From positions 384,001 through 448,000 of the forward strand of contig OZ245033.1 of NCBI GenBank assembly GCA_965224025.1: a stretch of DNA of 64,000 bases, given 5' to 3'. A program made the translations under genes and the position numbers. The notes beneath the pieces are model-generated. The model made no database searches and was not told the DNA's origin. It saw only the letters and a list, made by a program, of their open reading frames with translations. Shown in pieces: positions 43,328-54,518 of the stretch. Every line of letters starts with the position of its first letter. Within the stretch, counting starts at the first letter, position 1. The stretch is from Candidatus Multivorans sp. (GTDB lineage Bacteria > Acidobacteriota > Thermoanaerobaculia > Multivoradales > Multivoraceae).

Positions 43328-46096
43328 CTAGAACGACCAGCGCATGCCGGCGTTGAAGGTCCGGCCCGTGATGTCGTACTGGGAAGCCCGGCTCGCGATG
43401 CCCCGGTAGAGGTAGACCACCTCTTCCGTGATGTTGTTCGCCTGCAGGAACAGCTCGAGACCGCTGTCGAAAAGATAGGTGAACGAGTAGTCGAGGTACA
43501 TCGCCGAGTCGTTCCACTCGTCCGAACCGGCCTCCTCGCCGACCTCGCTCAGCCACCTGCCGCTCGTGTTGAGGGCGAGCCGGGTCAGGATCCGGTTCTT
43601 CTCGTAGATGAGCGCCAGGTTGCCCATGGTCTCCCTCTGTTCCGGCAGCACGTTGATGTCGTCGCGATCGCTCTGCTCACCGAGATCGATGCTCATCACG
43701 TCGGTGTACGTGAAGTTCGCGTAGATGCCGAAGCCCGAGTCCCAATGCTGCTGCCAGGCGACCTCGATGCCCATCAGGTCCGCGTTGCCGCCGTTGACCG
43801 GTTCCTCCACGTCGAAGCCGTCGAACTCCCCGCCGCGCTGGGTCGTCGCGGCGACGAAGTTGAAGTCGTCGATGCTCTTGAAGAACACGCCGCCGGAAAT
43901 GATGCCGACGTTGTCGAAGAACCGCTCGACCAGGAAGTCGAGGTTGTTCGAGAGCGCCGGATCGAGGTGCGGGTTGCCCCGCACGATCTCCTCGTCGTCC
44001 GTGTGGGTGTAGGAGAACGGCATCGAATCCCAGAAGTTGGGCCGGGCCATGCCGCGCGTGAAGGCGGCTCGCAGGAGGGTCTCCTCCGACAGGGCGTAGC
44101 GGAACTGAAGGTTGGGATAGACGAAGTCGTAGGACCGCGACACGCTTTCCTGCGTGTTCCCGAGCACGTCGTCGTCATTGACCACGAGGTTCGCCGCCGA
44201 GTAGTCCAGGTCGTTGAACTCGCCCCGGACGCCCACCAGCATCGTCAGCCGTCCGTACTCCTGGGTGGTCATCGCGTAGACGCTGGTGATGTCCTCCTCG
44301 GCGTTGTACGGCTCGCCCAGGTTCACGTCGTTACGCACCTCCTCAACGAACCCGCCCGGGCCCTGGTTGGCGTAGAAGAAGGAGCGGAAACCCGAACGGT
44401 TGTACTCCTGGCCGAGGTTGTAACCGCCCTCGGTGATGTTCGTGCCCCCGGCCTCGAACTGGTTGAGGAAGAGGTCGTCATCGCCCTTCCACTTCCACTT
44501 CGAGCGCAGGTCGGCGCGCTCCTTCTGCAGCGCGCGGAGCTTCACGCCCAACTTGAACTCGCCGGTATCGCTGCCCCACTGCATCGGCCTGGTCAAGTCC
44601 AGCTTGGCGGTGTCGATCGTGCTGGTCGTGTTCTCGAACTTCTCGTCCACGGCGTCGAACTCGAAGACACCGCTGTCATGGATGTCCCGCCGGGTCGAAT
44701 CCCAACCCGGCGCCTTGCCGCCGATGTCGGTCACGCTCAGGTCGAACCCGCGGGCCTGGAACTCCGGCTTGAGCTGCCCTTCCGGCTTCTTGGTGAAAGC
44801 GGCGCTCGTCGACAGCGAGAAGTCGAGCACGGACAGACCCAGCCGGTGCTCCCCGCTGACGCTGTAGGCCGTGATCTCCTGCTCCTCGAGGCGATCGTGC
44901 AGGGACTTCACCAATCTCAGGCCCTCGACCTCCGTGGGGCTGATGTAGTCGCCCTTGTCCCAGCGGATCCGCGTGATCTGGCGGTCCTGGTCGTCTTCGC
45001 GGTAGTTCTGCACCACGCTGAAATCGAGCTTGTGGTTGTCGTTGAGGCGGACCTCGAGTCGCGCGTTGGCGCCGTACCGGTCACGATCGTTGGCCGAGAA
45101 CTGTGCCTCCGTGTTCCTGAGCGCATAGGGAATCTCCGCGCCGCCGACGGTCTCCCGGTCGCCCCACTTGTGCTCGTTGTTGTGGCGCTCGGCCGCGGTG
45201 CGCGCGAAGTTGACGCCGATCGAGAACCCCAGGTTCTGGTTCGTGCCCACCACGGTCGAGTAGTTGAACGCCGAGCGCGAGTGGGTGCCCTCGGCGATCG
45301 AGTTGTCGCCCATGCCCAACGTGAAGTTCGTCACGCCGTCCGGCTGGTCGAACGCGCTCCGCGTCTTCAGGTTGACCGCGCCGCCGACCGAGTCGGCGTC
45401 CATGTCCGGCGTCAGGACCTTCGTCACCTCGATGCCGGTCAACTGAGCGGCCGAGATGACGTCGAGCTCGACCATGCGATTCGCGCTGTTCGAGTACGCC
45501 ACCTGCTGGCCGTTGATCGTGATGTTCGTCATCGCCGAGGGCGTGCCGCGCATGGAGACGAAACGGCCCTCGCCGTTGTCGCGGGTGATGGCGACGCCGC
45601 TGACGCGCTGCAGCACCTCGGCCGTGTTCAGGTCGGGGAAGCTCTGGATCTGCTCCTCGGAAAGGACGTTCTTGATGTTGATCGCCTGCTTCTGGTCGTT
45701 CAGCGCCTTGCTCTGCCCGAACCGGACGGCCTGCACGACGATCTCGTCGGCGAACTCGTACCGGGCGTCGAGCGCGATCGGCAGGGTCACCGTTTCCGAC
45801 GCGGTCACCGTGACGCTGGCCTCGAAGTCCTCGAAGCCGACGTAGTTCACCACCAGCGTGTAGTCGCCGGCGGGCACGCCGTCGAGGCGGTAGCGGCCGT
45901 CGCTGCCCGAGCGCGTCTTGTACTGCGTGTCCTCGAGCGCGACCTCGGCGCCCGGAAGCAGGGCGCCGGATTCCTTCTCGGTGATCGTGCCCTGTACGGA
46001 CGGGCCGGCCTGTGCCCAGGCCGTGCCCAGGCAGAAGAACACAGCCAGGGCCGTGATGCCGGCAAAATTCAGAAGGTTCGCGAGTCGCTGTTTCAT
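43328..46096 (-). CDS. TonB-dependent receptor
   Basis: ATG at 46096 with GGGAG RBS; [28 protein letters not shown]-terminal WSF. Confidence 0.92.
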   Translation of the reverse strand: MKQRLANLLNFAGITALAVFFCLGTAWAQAGPSVQGTITEKESGALLPGAEVALEDTQYKTRSGSDGRYRLDGVPAGDYTLVVNYVGFEDFEASVTVTASETVTLPIALDARYEFADEIVVQAVRFGQSKALNDQKQAINIKNVLSEEQIQSFPDLNTAEVLQRVSGVAITRDNGEGRFVSMRGTPSAMTNITINGQQVAYSNSANRMVELDVISAAQLTGIEVTKVLTPDMDADSVGGAVNLKTRSAFDQPDGVTNFTLGMGDNSIAEGTHSRSAFNYSTVVGTNQNLGFSIGVNFARTAAERHNNEHKWGDRETVGGAEIPYALRNTEAQFSANDRDRYGANARLEVRLNDNHKLDFSVVQNYREDDQDRQITRIRWDKGDYISPTEVEGLRLVKSLHDRLEEQEITAYSVSGEHRLGLSVLDFSLSTSAAFTKKPEGQLKPEFQARGFDLSVTDIGGKAPGWDSTRRDIHDSGVFEFDAVDEKFENTTSTIDTAKLDLTRPMQWGSDTGEFKLGVKLRALQKERADLRSKWKWKGDDDLFLNQFEAGGTNITEGGYNLGQEYNRSGFRSFFYANQGPGGFVEEVRNDVNLGEPYNAEEDITSVYAMTTQEYGRLTMLVGVRGEFNDLDYSAANLVVNDDDVLGNTQESVSRSYDFVYPNLQFRYALSEETLLRAAFTRGMARPNFWDSMPFSYTHTDDEEIVRGNPHLDPALSNNLDFLVERFFDNVGIISGGVFFKSIDDFNFVAATTQRGGEFDGFDVEEPVNGGNADLMGIEVAWQQHWDSGFGIYANFTYTDVMSIDLGEQSDRDDINVLPEQRETMGNLALIYEKNRILTRLALNTSGRWLSEVGEEAGSDEWNDSAMYLDYSFTYLFDSGLELFLQANNITEEVVYLYRGIASRASQYDITGRTFNAGMRWSF

Positions 46097-46266
46097 GGCG
46101 CAGTCTCCCCCAAAGAAGTAGATATGAGTTAGACCACCCCCGCTCACGACAGCAGGGGTGTTGATCGGTTCCCTGGGGGCGCTATCGGGCCGATAGCCGC
46201 CACAAACGCTGTTGGAGCAAGCTAGCACACAGGGCCGCCACCAAGTGGTCCAACGGCTGGGAGATC

Positions 46267-46558
46267 CGGCGTCCCACTCTTCGAACGTCACCTCACGGAC
46301 GCCGATGGCGAAGGGCTGGGCGATCGTTACCTGGTGCGCGGGGGATTCATCGTCGTAGCGGCCGGGTTCGTCCGGGGGCGAGCCCATGAGGAAGGAGCCC
46401 GCGGGGACGACGACCATCTCGGGGCAGACGTCGCAGTCGCGGAAGGTGGTGCCGGGGTCGGGCGGGGCTTGTGCTGCGGCTGCGGCGGCGGTGCTGAAGA
46501 TCGACGCAGTAGCGACGAGCAGCAGGCTGAACCTTGGGTGCGCACCAGGGGACCGCAT
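46267..46558 (-). pseudogene. Formylglycine-generating enzyme (SUMF1) domain N-terminal fragment
   Basis: [29 protein letters not shown], then similarity stops. Confidence 0.8.
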
Positions 46559-46617
46559 CGTTCTCCCGAGTCGGCGGGGTGTGGTCGGAGTTGCCTTGGG
46601 ATCGTAGCGCCTGGAGA

Positions 46618-47004
46618 AAGGAGCGAGGCCTGCGGCCTCGCGCAACTTCGCCCCGGAAGCGGATCAGAAGGTCCGCGCACCCAGAGAACGGCCTTCCCCG
46701 GAGCGGGACTCTCTACTGCAAACCTACCGCTCGAAGTGACACCCCGACGGTTGCAGAACAGAGGCTGCTCCCATCGCGGCGTATCTCTGGGTGCGCGGAC
46801 CCTCTAACCCGCTGCCGCCGAAGGCGGCCAGAAACACGCGCGAGGCGTCAGCCTCGCTCCTTGCCCAACGCTCGAAGTGACGCAACAACGGCTGCAGAAG
46901 AGAGGCGCGCTCCCATCGCGGCGTATCTCTGGGTGCGCGGACCCTCGAGTCCGCTGCCGCCGCAAGGCGGCCAGGAACACGCGCGAGGCGTCAGCCTCGC
47001 TCCT
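46618..47004. repeat. BIME-like array: one inverted and two tandem ~135-bp REP units
   Basis: Direct repeats 46728-46862 and 46869-47004; inverted unit 46618-46721. Confidence 0.88.
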
Positions 47005-47009
47005 TCACC

Positions 47010-49586
47010 TCACCAGCGGTAGTTCAACCGCACGTAGTAATACCCGCCGCTCAGGCCCCACGGCGTGACCGGGCTGTACCTGGAACCCACGACGTCGACC
47101 AGCGGCGCCGGCGCGGACGCCAGCACATCGAACATGTTCTGCGCGCCGATAGCCAGGCTCGTGTCGGCGGCGACCGGGATGCTGGCCTCGAAGTCGAAGA
47201 TGAAGGCCGTGTCCTGGACCGGCGGCGCGGGGTCTACCCACAACCGCGTGTAGTAGTAGTCGATCCAGGAGCCGTAGTAGCTGAGCCGGCCGAGAAGATC
47301 GACCGGCCCCACCTGCTGGCCGACCGCGACGTTCCAGCGCAGACGGGGCACGCCGCGCTCGATCGCCACGATGTCCGCGGCGCTCAACAGATCGGACTCC
47401 TTCGTTACCTCGGTGTCCGTGTAGTTCAGGGTGAAGCTGAACTCGGTGTCGCCGCCGAGGGCGATCGGAATCCAGGTCGAGACGAGGTCGATGCCCCGGG
47501 TGCGGGTCGAGAAGTCGTTGATGAAGAAGCGGAAGAACGACAGGTTCCGCGCCGACGTGATGCCCTGCGACAGGAGCAGCTCGCGCTCGTCGTCGGTCAG
47601 CGTGATGACCTGCGACAGCGACAGCCGGTCGTCGATGTCGACGTTGAAGAAGTCCGCCGTCAGCGTGAACGGTCCGGTGTCGATCACCAGGCCGGCCGTC
47701 GCGTGGACCGACTGCTCGGGTTCGAGCGGCTTGCCGCCGCGCAGCTCCGCCGCAACGAAGGTCGACGGCACGGTGGCGCTATCGACGAGTTCCAGGGTCA
47801 CCGGATCGATCGTCGTCTGCACGTTGAGCGCGTTCTGCTGCCCGGGCGTCGGTGCGCGGAAGCCGGTGCTGACCCCTCCGCGTATCGCGGCGGTGTCGCT
47901 CAGCGCGCGCCGGAACGACAGCTTGCCGTTCGTCGTGTTGCCGAAGACGTCGTAGTCCTCGACCCTGACGGCGGCGCCCAGGCCCCACCGGTCGTCTTCT
48001 CCGTGCAGCTCGACGTCGCCGTAGACGGCGACGTTGTCGCGGCTCCACGTCCCGGCCGTGTAGTCGGGGAAACCGGGGAAACCGTTCGAGGCGGGAATGA
48101 AGCCCTGCTCCGCGTAGGGGCCGACATCCCAGGACGGCCGCCCTCCGGCGCCGATCGTGAAGCTCTCGTCCCGCCACTCGGCGCCGGCCGCCACGCTGAC
48201 CCGGTGGGAGACGGAGTACGAGATGTCGAAGTTCAGGTTGACGTCTTCCTGCTCGTAGAGACCGGGGTCGAAGTCGCGCGGCGTGTCCGGGCCGAGCGAC
48301 GCGTTCACGGTGTTCCGGAAGAAGAAGTCGGACTCGTGCGAGCCGAAGCTCGCGGAGAGGTCCCAGGCGAAGCCGCTGTCGAACTCCTTCCGAAGCCCCG
48401 CGACGATCGAGCTGTCGCTCACGATGCCGCCGAACTGCGGGGTGAAGCCGCCCGGAGCGATCTCCTGGAAGGAGAAGCAGTTCGGGTCGGCGAACACCTG
48501 GGCGAGGGCGTCCGGGTCGGGCACGTTGCCCGTCACCGTGACCACGGGACAGTTCGCCGAGCCGGCGCCCTGGGCCCGGAGGACGTCCCCGATCAGCAGC
48601 GTCTGGCCGCCGTCGAGGCTGTAGATGCTCTGGCGGGAGTTCGGATTCCGGAAGAAGAAGCCCTCGGTCATCGTCTTCTCGGCGTAGTTCGCGAAGCCGT
48701 AGAATTCGAGGCCGCCGTCGGAACGGCTGCCGATGTTGGCGAACAGCTTCACGTCGTCGTCGATCGCCGGGTTGCCCCAGATCTGCGCCGGCTGGGCGAC
48801 GTTGTGGTTGCCGGCGGCGATCAGCGCGGCCGCGTCCCGGCGCTGGACGCTGCGGTTGGTCGGGTCGGCGCCGCCGTACTCGAAGCTCAAGTTGGCGAAG
48901 CCGTTCGCGCCCATCGGCAGGCCGAAGTTGCCGGCGACGCTGTAGCCGGCGCCGTCACCACGGATGTAGCTGCCGCTGTTCAGCTCGATGGCGCCCCCGA
49001 AGGCGTCGTCCTTGAGCAGGAAGTTGATGACGCCCGCGATCGCGTCCGAGCCGTACTGCGCCGACGCACCGTCCCGCAGCACCTCGATCCCGCGCAGGGC
49101 AATCGCCGGGATGGTCGAGATGTCGGGTCCCTGCGCGCCGTCCGTCACGCCGCCGAACCAGGCGACGACCGACGATCGGTGGCGCCGCTTGCCGTTGACC
49201 AGGATGAGCGTGTGGTCGTGCGCCAGGTTGCGCAGGCTGGACGGCCGCACCAGCGTCGCCGCGTCGCTGATCGGGTGGGTCGCGACGTTGAAGGAGGGGA
49301 TCAGGTTCCGCAACTGGTAGTCGAGCGTCGTGGCGCCCTGACGCACGATGTCCTCGACGGGAATCGCGTCGATGGGGACCTGGGATTCGGTCACCGAACG
49401 CGGGTGCGCGCGGCTGCCGAGGACGACGATCCGTTCCTCGAAGTGAGCGTGCTCTTCGGCCTCCTCAGCGGCCTCGGACTCGTGGTCGTGGTCCTCCTCC
49501 TGGGCCGCCGCGGCGGCCGGCGCGAGCAGGATGAAGGCCGCGACGGCAGCCGCGGCCAGCGGGAGAGGTCTCGTCGTCCAGGTCAT
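47010..49586 (-). CDS. TonB-dependent receptor, divergent from the xdh operon
   Basis: LILVNGKRRH, IEVLRDGASAQYGSDAIAGVIN, STGFRAP, C-terminal YRW. Confidence 0.92.
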   Translation of the reverse strand: MTWTTRPLPLAAAAVAAFILLAPAAAAAQEEDHDHESEAAEEAEEHAHFEERIVVLGSRAHPRSVTESQVPIDAIPVEDIVRQGATTLDYQLRNLIPSFNVATHPISDAATLVRPSSLRNLAHDHTLILVNGKRRHRSSVVAWFGGVTDGAQGPDISTIPAIALRGIEVLRDGASAQYGSDAIAGVINFLLKDDAFGGAIELNSGSYIRGDGAGYSVAGNFGLPMGANGFANLSFEYGGADPTNRSVQRRDAAALIAAGNHNVAQPAQIWGNPAIDDDVKLFANIGSRSDGGLEFYGFANYAEKTMTEGFFFRNPNSRQSIYSLDGGQTLLIGDVLRAQGAGSANCPVVTVTGNVPDPDALAQVFADPNCFSFQEIAPGGFTPQFGGIVSDSSIVAGLRKEFDSGFAWDLSASFGSHESDFFFRNTVNASLGPDTPRDFDPGLYEQEDVNLNFDISYSVSHRVSVAAGAEWRDESFTIGAGGRPSWDVGPYAEQGFIPASNGFPGFPDYTAGTWSRDNVAVYGDVELHGEDDRWGLGAAVRVEDYDVFGNTTNGKLSFRRALSDTAAIRGGVSTGFRAPTPGQQNALNVQTTIDPVTLELVDSATVPSTFVAAELRGGKPLEPEQSVHATAGLVIDTGPFTLTADFFNVDIDDRLSLSQVITLTDDERELLLSQGITSARNLSFFRFFINDFSTRTRGIDLVSTWIPIALGGDTEFSFTLNYTDTEVTKESDLLSAADIVAIERGVPRLRWNVAVGQQVGPVDLLGRLSYYGSWIDYYYTRLWVDPAPPVQDTAFIFDFEASIPVAADTSLAIGAQNMFDVLASAPAPLVDVVGSRYSPVTPWGLSGGYYYVRLNYRW

Positions 49587-49737
49587 GGATGCGCTCCTTT
49601 TCGCATTCACGATGGCCGCGTTGCCGCGCAAACCTGCAACTTGCGGGGGCTTGCCAATCGACCGGGCAGGTACGGCTATCCGATCAGGTTCGCGGGATAC
49701 TACAGGGAGAACTGCCGTCCTGCGATAGTTTGCGTAG

Positions 49738-51216
49738 GTGCGCCGAGCTTTGCGCATCGTCCGTCGTGGCCGGGTCACGAGCCTGGAGGGGTTCGCACCC
49801 ACCGAGACGCTGCTGGAGCATCTTCGCCTCCGCGAAGGAGCCATGGGCACCAAGGAGGGCTGCGCCGAAGGGGACTGCGGCGCCTGCACCGTTGCTGTCG
49901 GCCGCCTCCGCGACGGGCGCGTGGTCTACGAGCCGACGAACAGTTGCATCCAACTCCTTGGCTCCCTGGACGGGGCCGAAGTGGTCGCCGTCGACGACCT
50001 CGCGCCTCGCGCTTCGGAGCTTCACCCGGTGCAGCGAGCGCTCGTCGACCACCACGCTTCCCAGTGCGGGTTCTGCACGCCCGGCTTCGTCATGACCCTG
50101 TTCGCTCTCTACCACGCGAACCAGCATCCAGACCGCGCCGCGGTGAACGAGTGGCTCGCCGGCAACCTGTGCCGGTGCACCGGCTACCGTCCGATCGCCG
50201 ACGCGGCTCTCGCCTCCTGCGGCGGCACGCCCCGGGACGAGTTCGCGCGAAACGCGGCTCGCACGGCGGAGCAGCTCGACGCACTCGACGACGGTCAGGA
50301 CCTCTTCGTTGGCAACGACGAGACGTTCTTCGCGGCGCCGGCCTCCGAGGACAGCCTCGCCGACCTCTGCGCCCGACACCCTGATGCCGTGATCACGGGC
50401 GGCGCGACGGATGTCGGTCTATGGATCACGAAGGAACTGCGTCACCTGGCCCGGATCATTCACACCGGGCGCGTCCCCTCCCTCCGCGCCGTCCGCGAAG
50501 AGCGCGACCGGGTGGAGCTTGGCGCAGCGGCGACGTACACCGAAGCGGAAGCGGCGCTCTCCGGCATCGACCCGGATGTCGGCGAAGTTCTCCAGCGCCT
50601 GGGTTCGAAGCAGGTACGGGCGGTCGGCACGGTCGGCGGCAACATTGCGAACGGCTCGCCGATCGGCGACATGCCCCCGGTTCTGATCGCACTCGGGGCT
50701 TCCATCGAGCTCCGCCTTGGTGAACGTCGCCGGACTCTGCCGCTCGAGGAGTTCTTCCTCGACTACGGCGTTCAGGACCGCGAACCCGGTGAAGTCCTGA
50801 CTCGCATACGAGTTCCCCGCCTCGGCCCGGACGAGCGTTTCCGCGGCTACAAGATCTCGAAGCGCTACGACCAGGACATCTCGTCCGTGCTCGGGGCGTT
50901 CCGGTTTCACGCGGTCGGCGGACGCATCGTCTCCGCGAGGATGGCGTGGGGCGGCATGGCCGCGACACCCAGGCGCTCCCCGCGGACCGAAGAGGCCGTC
51001 ATCGCGCTCAACCTGGACGACGCATCACTCCGTGACGCGGAGGAGGCGCTCCGCGCCGCGCTGGCCGCCGACTTCTCGCCGATCGACGATCATCGGGCAA
51101 GCGCCCGCTACCGGCTGCGGGTCGCCGGCGCCCTGGTCCTCAAGGCGCTTCGCGAGATCGCGGGCAGTCCGAGCTGGGAGACCCGAGTCCGCGGCCGCAG
51201 ACAGGACGCGGCCTGA
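49738..51216 (+). CDS. xdhA: Xanthine dehydrogenase small subunit
   Basis: GTKEGCAEGDCGAC, QCGFCTPGF, GNLCRCTGY, KISKRYDQDIS. Confidence 0.93.
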   Translation: MRRALRIVRRGRVTSLEGFAPTETLLEHLRLREGAMGTKEGCAEGDCGACTVAVGRLRDGRVVYEPTNSCIQLLGSLDGAEVVAVDDLAPRASELHPVQRALVDHHASQCGFCTPGFVMTLFALYHANQHPDRAAVNEWLAGNLCRCTGYRPIADAALASCGGTPRDEFARNAARTAEQLDALDDGQDLFVGNDETFFAAPASEDSLADLCARHPDAVITGGATDVGLWITKELRHLARIIHTGRVPSLRAVREERDRVELGAAATYTEAEAALSGIDPDVGEVLQRLGSKQVRAVGTVGGNIANGSPIGDMPPVLIALGASIELRLGERRRTLPLEEFFLDYGVQDREPGEVLTRIRVPRLGPDERFRGYKISKRYDQDISSVLGAFRFHAVGGRIVSARMAWGGMAATPRRSPRTEEAVIALNLDDASLRDAEEALRAALAADFSPIDDHRASARYRLRVAGALVLKALREIAGSPSWETRVRGRRQDAA

Positions 51217-51223
51217 GAAGCCG

Positions 51224-53569
51224 ATGAAGGCAGTCGGGCAACCACTCCCCCACGACAGTGCGGTCCGGCACGTCCGGGGCACGGCGAACTACGTCGACGA
51301 TCTGCCGGAGCCTCACGGCACGGTCCATGTGGCGCCCGGCGCCGCGGGCGCGGCCTGTGGCCTCATCCGCTCGCTGAACCTCTCGGCCGTGCGGTCCTTC
51401 CCGGGAGTCCTGGCGGTTCTCGAAGCGGGCGACATTCCCGGCCGAAACGACTGCAGCCCCGCGGCGGGGGATGATCCGATCCTGGCCGGAGACGCGATCC
51501 GCTTCCCCGGCGAGGTCGTCTTCGCGGTCGTGGCCGAGAGGCGCGACATCGCCCGTCGAGCCGCGAAGCGCGCCCGCATCGACGTCGAGTCCCGCCCGCC
51601 TCGAGTCGACGTCGACGACGGACTCGCCGCGGACAGCGATCTGCTGCCGCCCTACGGCTTCGAGCGCGGCGACGCGGCCGGGGCCGTCGCCGCGGCGCCG
51701 CACCACCTTGAAGGGCGTCTCCGGATCGGCGGCCAGGATCACTTCTACCTGGAGGGCCAGGTCGCGCTCGCGGTGCCCGGCGAGGACGACGAGATCCGGG
51801 TCTTCTCCTCCACCCAGCACCCAGCCGAGGTCCAGGGGCTGGTCGCGGGCATGCTGGACATCCCCGACGCGGCCGTCGTCTGCGAGTGCCGCCGCATGGG
51901 CGGCGCCTTCGGCGGCAAGGAGTCGCAGGCCGCTCAGTGGGCCTGCCTGGCGGCCCTCGCCGCCCGGAAGGTCGGCCGCCCGGCAAAGCTCCGGCTCGAC
52001 CGCGACGACGACATGGCGATGACGGGCAAGCGTCACGACTTCCGGGGGGACTATCGCTGCGGCCTGGACGCTTCCGGCGTCCTGACGGGAATCGAGATCG
52101 ACCTGGCGGCCCGTTGCGGTTGCTCGGCGGACCTGTCGACCGGCGTTTGCGACCGAGCGACGTTCCACGCCGACAACGCGTACTACTACCCCGCCGCGAC
52201 AATCCAAACGCGCCGCCTGCAAACGGACACGGTCTCCAACACCGCGTTCCGGGGATTCGGCGGACCCCAGGGGATGATCGTCGCCGAGCGGGCGATGGAC
52301 GCCGCGGCAATCACTCTGGGGCTCGATCCGCTCCTGGTGCGCAAACGGAACCTCTACCGTCCGGGCCGGGACACGACGCCCTACGGCATGACGGTGGAAG
52401 AGCACGTACTCCCGGACATCGTGGAGACGCTGGAGCAGACCAGCGACTACGCGGCCCGGCGGGAGACCGCGGCGCGCTTCAATCTTCTGGGAGGTCCCCT
52501 GCGCAAGGGGATCGCGCTGACTCCGGTCAAGTTCGGGATCGCGTACACGCTGCTGCCCCTGAATCAGGCCGGCGCCCTCGTCCACGTCTTCGTGGACGGC
52601 TCGGTTCAGGTCAACCACGGAGGCACCGAAATGGGCCAGGGGCTCTACATCAAGGTCGCCCAGGTGGTCGCCGAGGAGCTGGGAGTCGACATCGACAAGG
52701 TGCACATCACCGCGACGCGAACGGACAAGGTGCCGAACGCCCCGGCCACCGCGGCGTCGTCCGGCTCGGACCTGAACGGCATGGCGGCGCGGCTGGCCGC
52801 CGGCAAGATTCGCCGGCGGCTCGCGGAACTCGCCGCCCGGCACTTCAGCGTCGAGCCGGACGCCATCTCCTTCGCGAACGGACGAGTCGGCGTCGCGAGC
52901 GGCGACGGCGAACGCCGCGACACGATTCCTTTCGGGGAACTCGCGGCAACCGCCTTCCAGCAACGCGTGTCGCTGTCGGCTACCGGCTTCTTCCGCACGC
53001 CGAAGATCGGCTGGAACCGGGACCGGCGCAGCGGACGGCCGTTCCTCTACTTCGCCTGCGGCGCCGCCTGCAGCGAAGTCACCGTAGACACGGAAACGGG
53101 TGAGATCCGACTCGACCGGGTGGACATCCTGCACGACACCGGGAACTCGCTGAATCCGGCGATCGACATCGGCCAGATCGAAGGCGGCTTCGTCCAGGGT
53201 CTGGGATGGCTCACCACCGAGGAGCTGGTGTTCGATCCGTCGGGACGGCTGCTGACCCACGCGCCGTCGACCTACAAGATCCCCACCTGTTCGGACGTTC
53301 CAGACTACTTCCGCGTGGATCTCTACGAGTCGGGCGGCAACACGGAGCCCACGATCTACCGGTCGAAGGCGGTCGGCGAACCCCCGCTCATGCTCGCGCT
53401 CTCGGCGTTCTCGGCCATCACCCACGCGGTGGCCAGTCTGGCCCCGGGCAGGGTGCCGACGCTCGACGCGCCGGCCACGCCGGAAGCCATCCTGCGCGCC
53501 GCGGACGCGCTGCGGCGCGAACACCGTCCGGCGCCCGCGCTGGCGGTTGAGGCGCCGGTCGCGAGCTGA
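51224..53569 (+). CDS. xdhB: Xanthine dehydrogenase molybdopterin subunit
   Basis: PHDSA, RMGGAFGGKESQ, AFRGFGGPQG, SKAVGEPP. Confidence 0.94.
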   Translation: MKAVGQPLPHDSAVRHVRGTANYVDDLPEPHGTVHVAPGAAGAACGLIRSLNLSAVRSFPGVLAVLEAGDIPGRNDCSPAAGDDPILAGDAIRFPGEVVFAVVAERRDIARRAAKRARIDVESRPPRVDVDDGLAADSDLLPPYGFERGDAAGAVAAAPHHLEGRLRIGGQDHFYLEGQVALAVPGEDDEIRVFSSTQHPAEVQGLVAGMLDIPDAAVVCECRRMGGAFGGKESQAAQWACLAALAARKVGRPAKLRLDRDDDMAMTGKRHDFRGDYRCGLDASGVLTGIEIDLAARCGCSADLSTGVCDRATFHADNAYYYPAATIQTRRLQTDTVSNTAFRGFGGPQGMIVAERAMDAAAITLGLDPLLVRKRNLYRPGRDTTPYGMTVEEHVLPDIVETLEQTSDYAARRETAARFNLLGGPLRKGIALTPVKFGIAYTLLPLNQAGALVHVFVDGSVQVNHGGTEMGQGLYIKVAQVVAEELGVDIDKVHITATRTDKVPNAPATAASSGSDLNGMAARLAAGKIRRRLAELAARHFSVEPDAISFANGRVGVASGDGERRDTIPFGELAATAFQQRVSLSATGFFRTPKIGWNRDRRSGRPFLYFACGAACSEVTVDTETGEIRLDRVDILHDTGNSLNPAIDIGQIEGGFVQGLGWLTTEELVFDPSGRLLTHAPSTYKIPTCSDVPDYFRVDLYESGGNTEPTIYRSKAVGEPPLMLALSAFSAITHAVASLAPGRVPTLDAPATPEAILRAADALRREHRPAPALAVEAPVAS

Positions 53570-53573
53570 CTCC

Positions 53574-54518
53574 ATGCGCCGCGTCTGGCCCGAAGTCGCC
53601 AGCCTCCTGGAGGCGCATGGCACGTGCGCCCTGGTCACGGTCGTAAACGTGCGCGGCTCCACACCGCGCGAGGCCGGGGCCCGCATGGTCATCGGACCGG
53701 GCGACACCGGCTTCTCCGGCACGATCGGCGGCGGCGAGCTCGAATGGCGGGTGCTCCAGGCGGCGCGGCAGGCGCTGGCCGCGGGTGCGCAGTCTGCCGC
53801 CCTCGACCGCTACTCCCTCGGGCCCGAACTCGCCCAGTGCTGCGGCGGCAGCGTCGAGGTGCTGTCCGAGGTCCTGGTGACGGAGCAGCTCGACGCCGTC
53901 CGCGCGCTCGCGGCGCGGGAGCGGGCCGGTCCGTTCACGGTCCGCGCCCGGATCGGACGACGAGCGGTGGACCGGACCCCTGCCGAGGATGGAGACGAGG
54001 GTGCCGGCGAGGCGGGAACGGACGGAAGAGTCGAAGTCGTGGAGCGCTTCGGCGACCGGCCGCAGGAGGTCTGGCTGTTCGGCGCCGGCCACGTCGGCCG
54101 GGCCCTCATGCTCGCCCTGGCTCCTCTCCCGTTCGCCGTCACCTGGATCGACGAGCGCTCTGACGCGTTCCCACCCGTCCTGCCTCAGCCCATCCGGACC
54201 ATCGAGAGCCCGGACACGGCGGCCGAGCTGGCCGCCGCCCCTTCGGGCGCCGCCATCGTCGTGATGACCCACAGCCACCCACTCGATCTTGCGATCGTCC
54301 ATGCAGCTCTCGCGGCCCGCCGGTTCAGTTACGTCGGGCTCATCGGTTCCACCAGCAAGCGCGCCCGCTTCGTGCAGCGGCTGCGGAGCGCCGGCCTGCC
54401 GGATGACCTGACCGACGCTCTCGTCTGTCCGATCGGGCTGCCCCAAATCCGGTCCAAGACGCCCGCGGCCATCGCCACCGGCGTCGCCGCCCAGCTCCTG
54501 GAACGGTTCTCCACGTGA
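53574..54518 (+). CDS. xdhC: Xanthine dehydrogenase accessory protein
   Basis: GSTPREAGA, GTIGGGELE, QCCGG, FGAGHVG, MTHSHPLD. Confidence 0.92.
   Translation: MRRVWPEVASLLEAHGTCALVTVVNVRGSTPREAGARMVIGPGDTGFSGTIGGGELEWRVLQAARQALAAGAQSAALDRYSLGPELAQCCGGSVEVLSEVLVTEQLDAVRALAARERAGPFTVRARIGRRAVDRTPAEDGDEGAGEAGTDGRVEVVERFGDRPQEVWLFGAGHVGRALMLALAPLPFAVTWIDERSDAFPPVLPQPIRTIESPDTAAELAAAPSGAAIVVMTHSHPLDLAIVHAALAARRFSYVGLIGSTSKRARFVQRLRSAGLPDDLTDALVCPIGLPQIRSKTPAAIATGVAAQLLERFST

Noticed and set aside
43328-46645. 1105-aa FGE-TBDR fusion as a single protein
   Set aside because: The FGE part is truncated, and the TBDR has its own RBS and signal peptide at 46096.
49587-49737. Purine or xanthine riboswitch in the xdh/TBDR spacer
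   Set aside because: No consensus motif recognised by eye.
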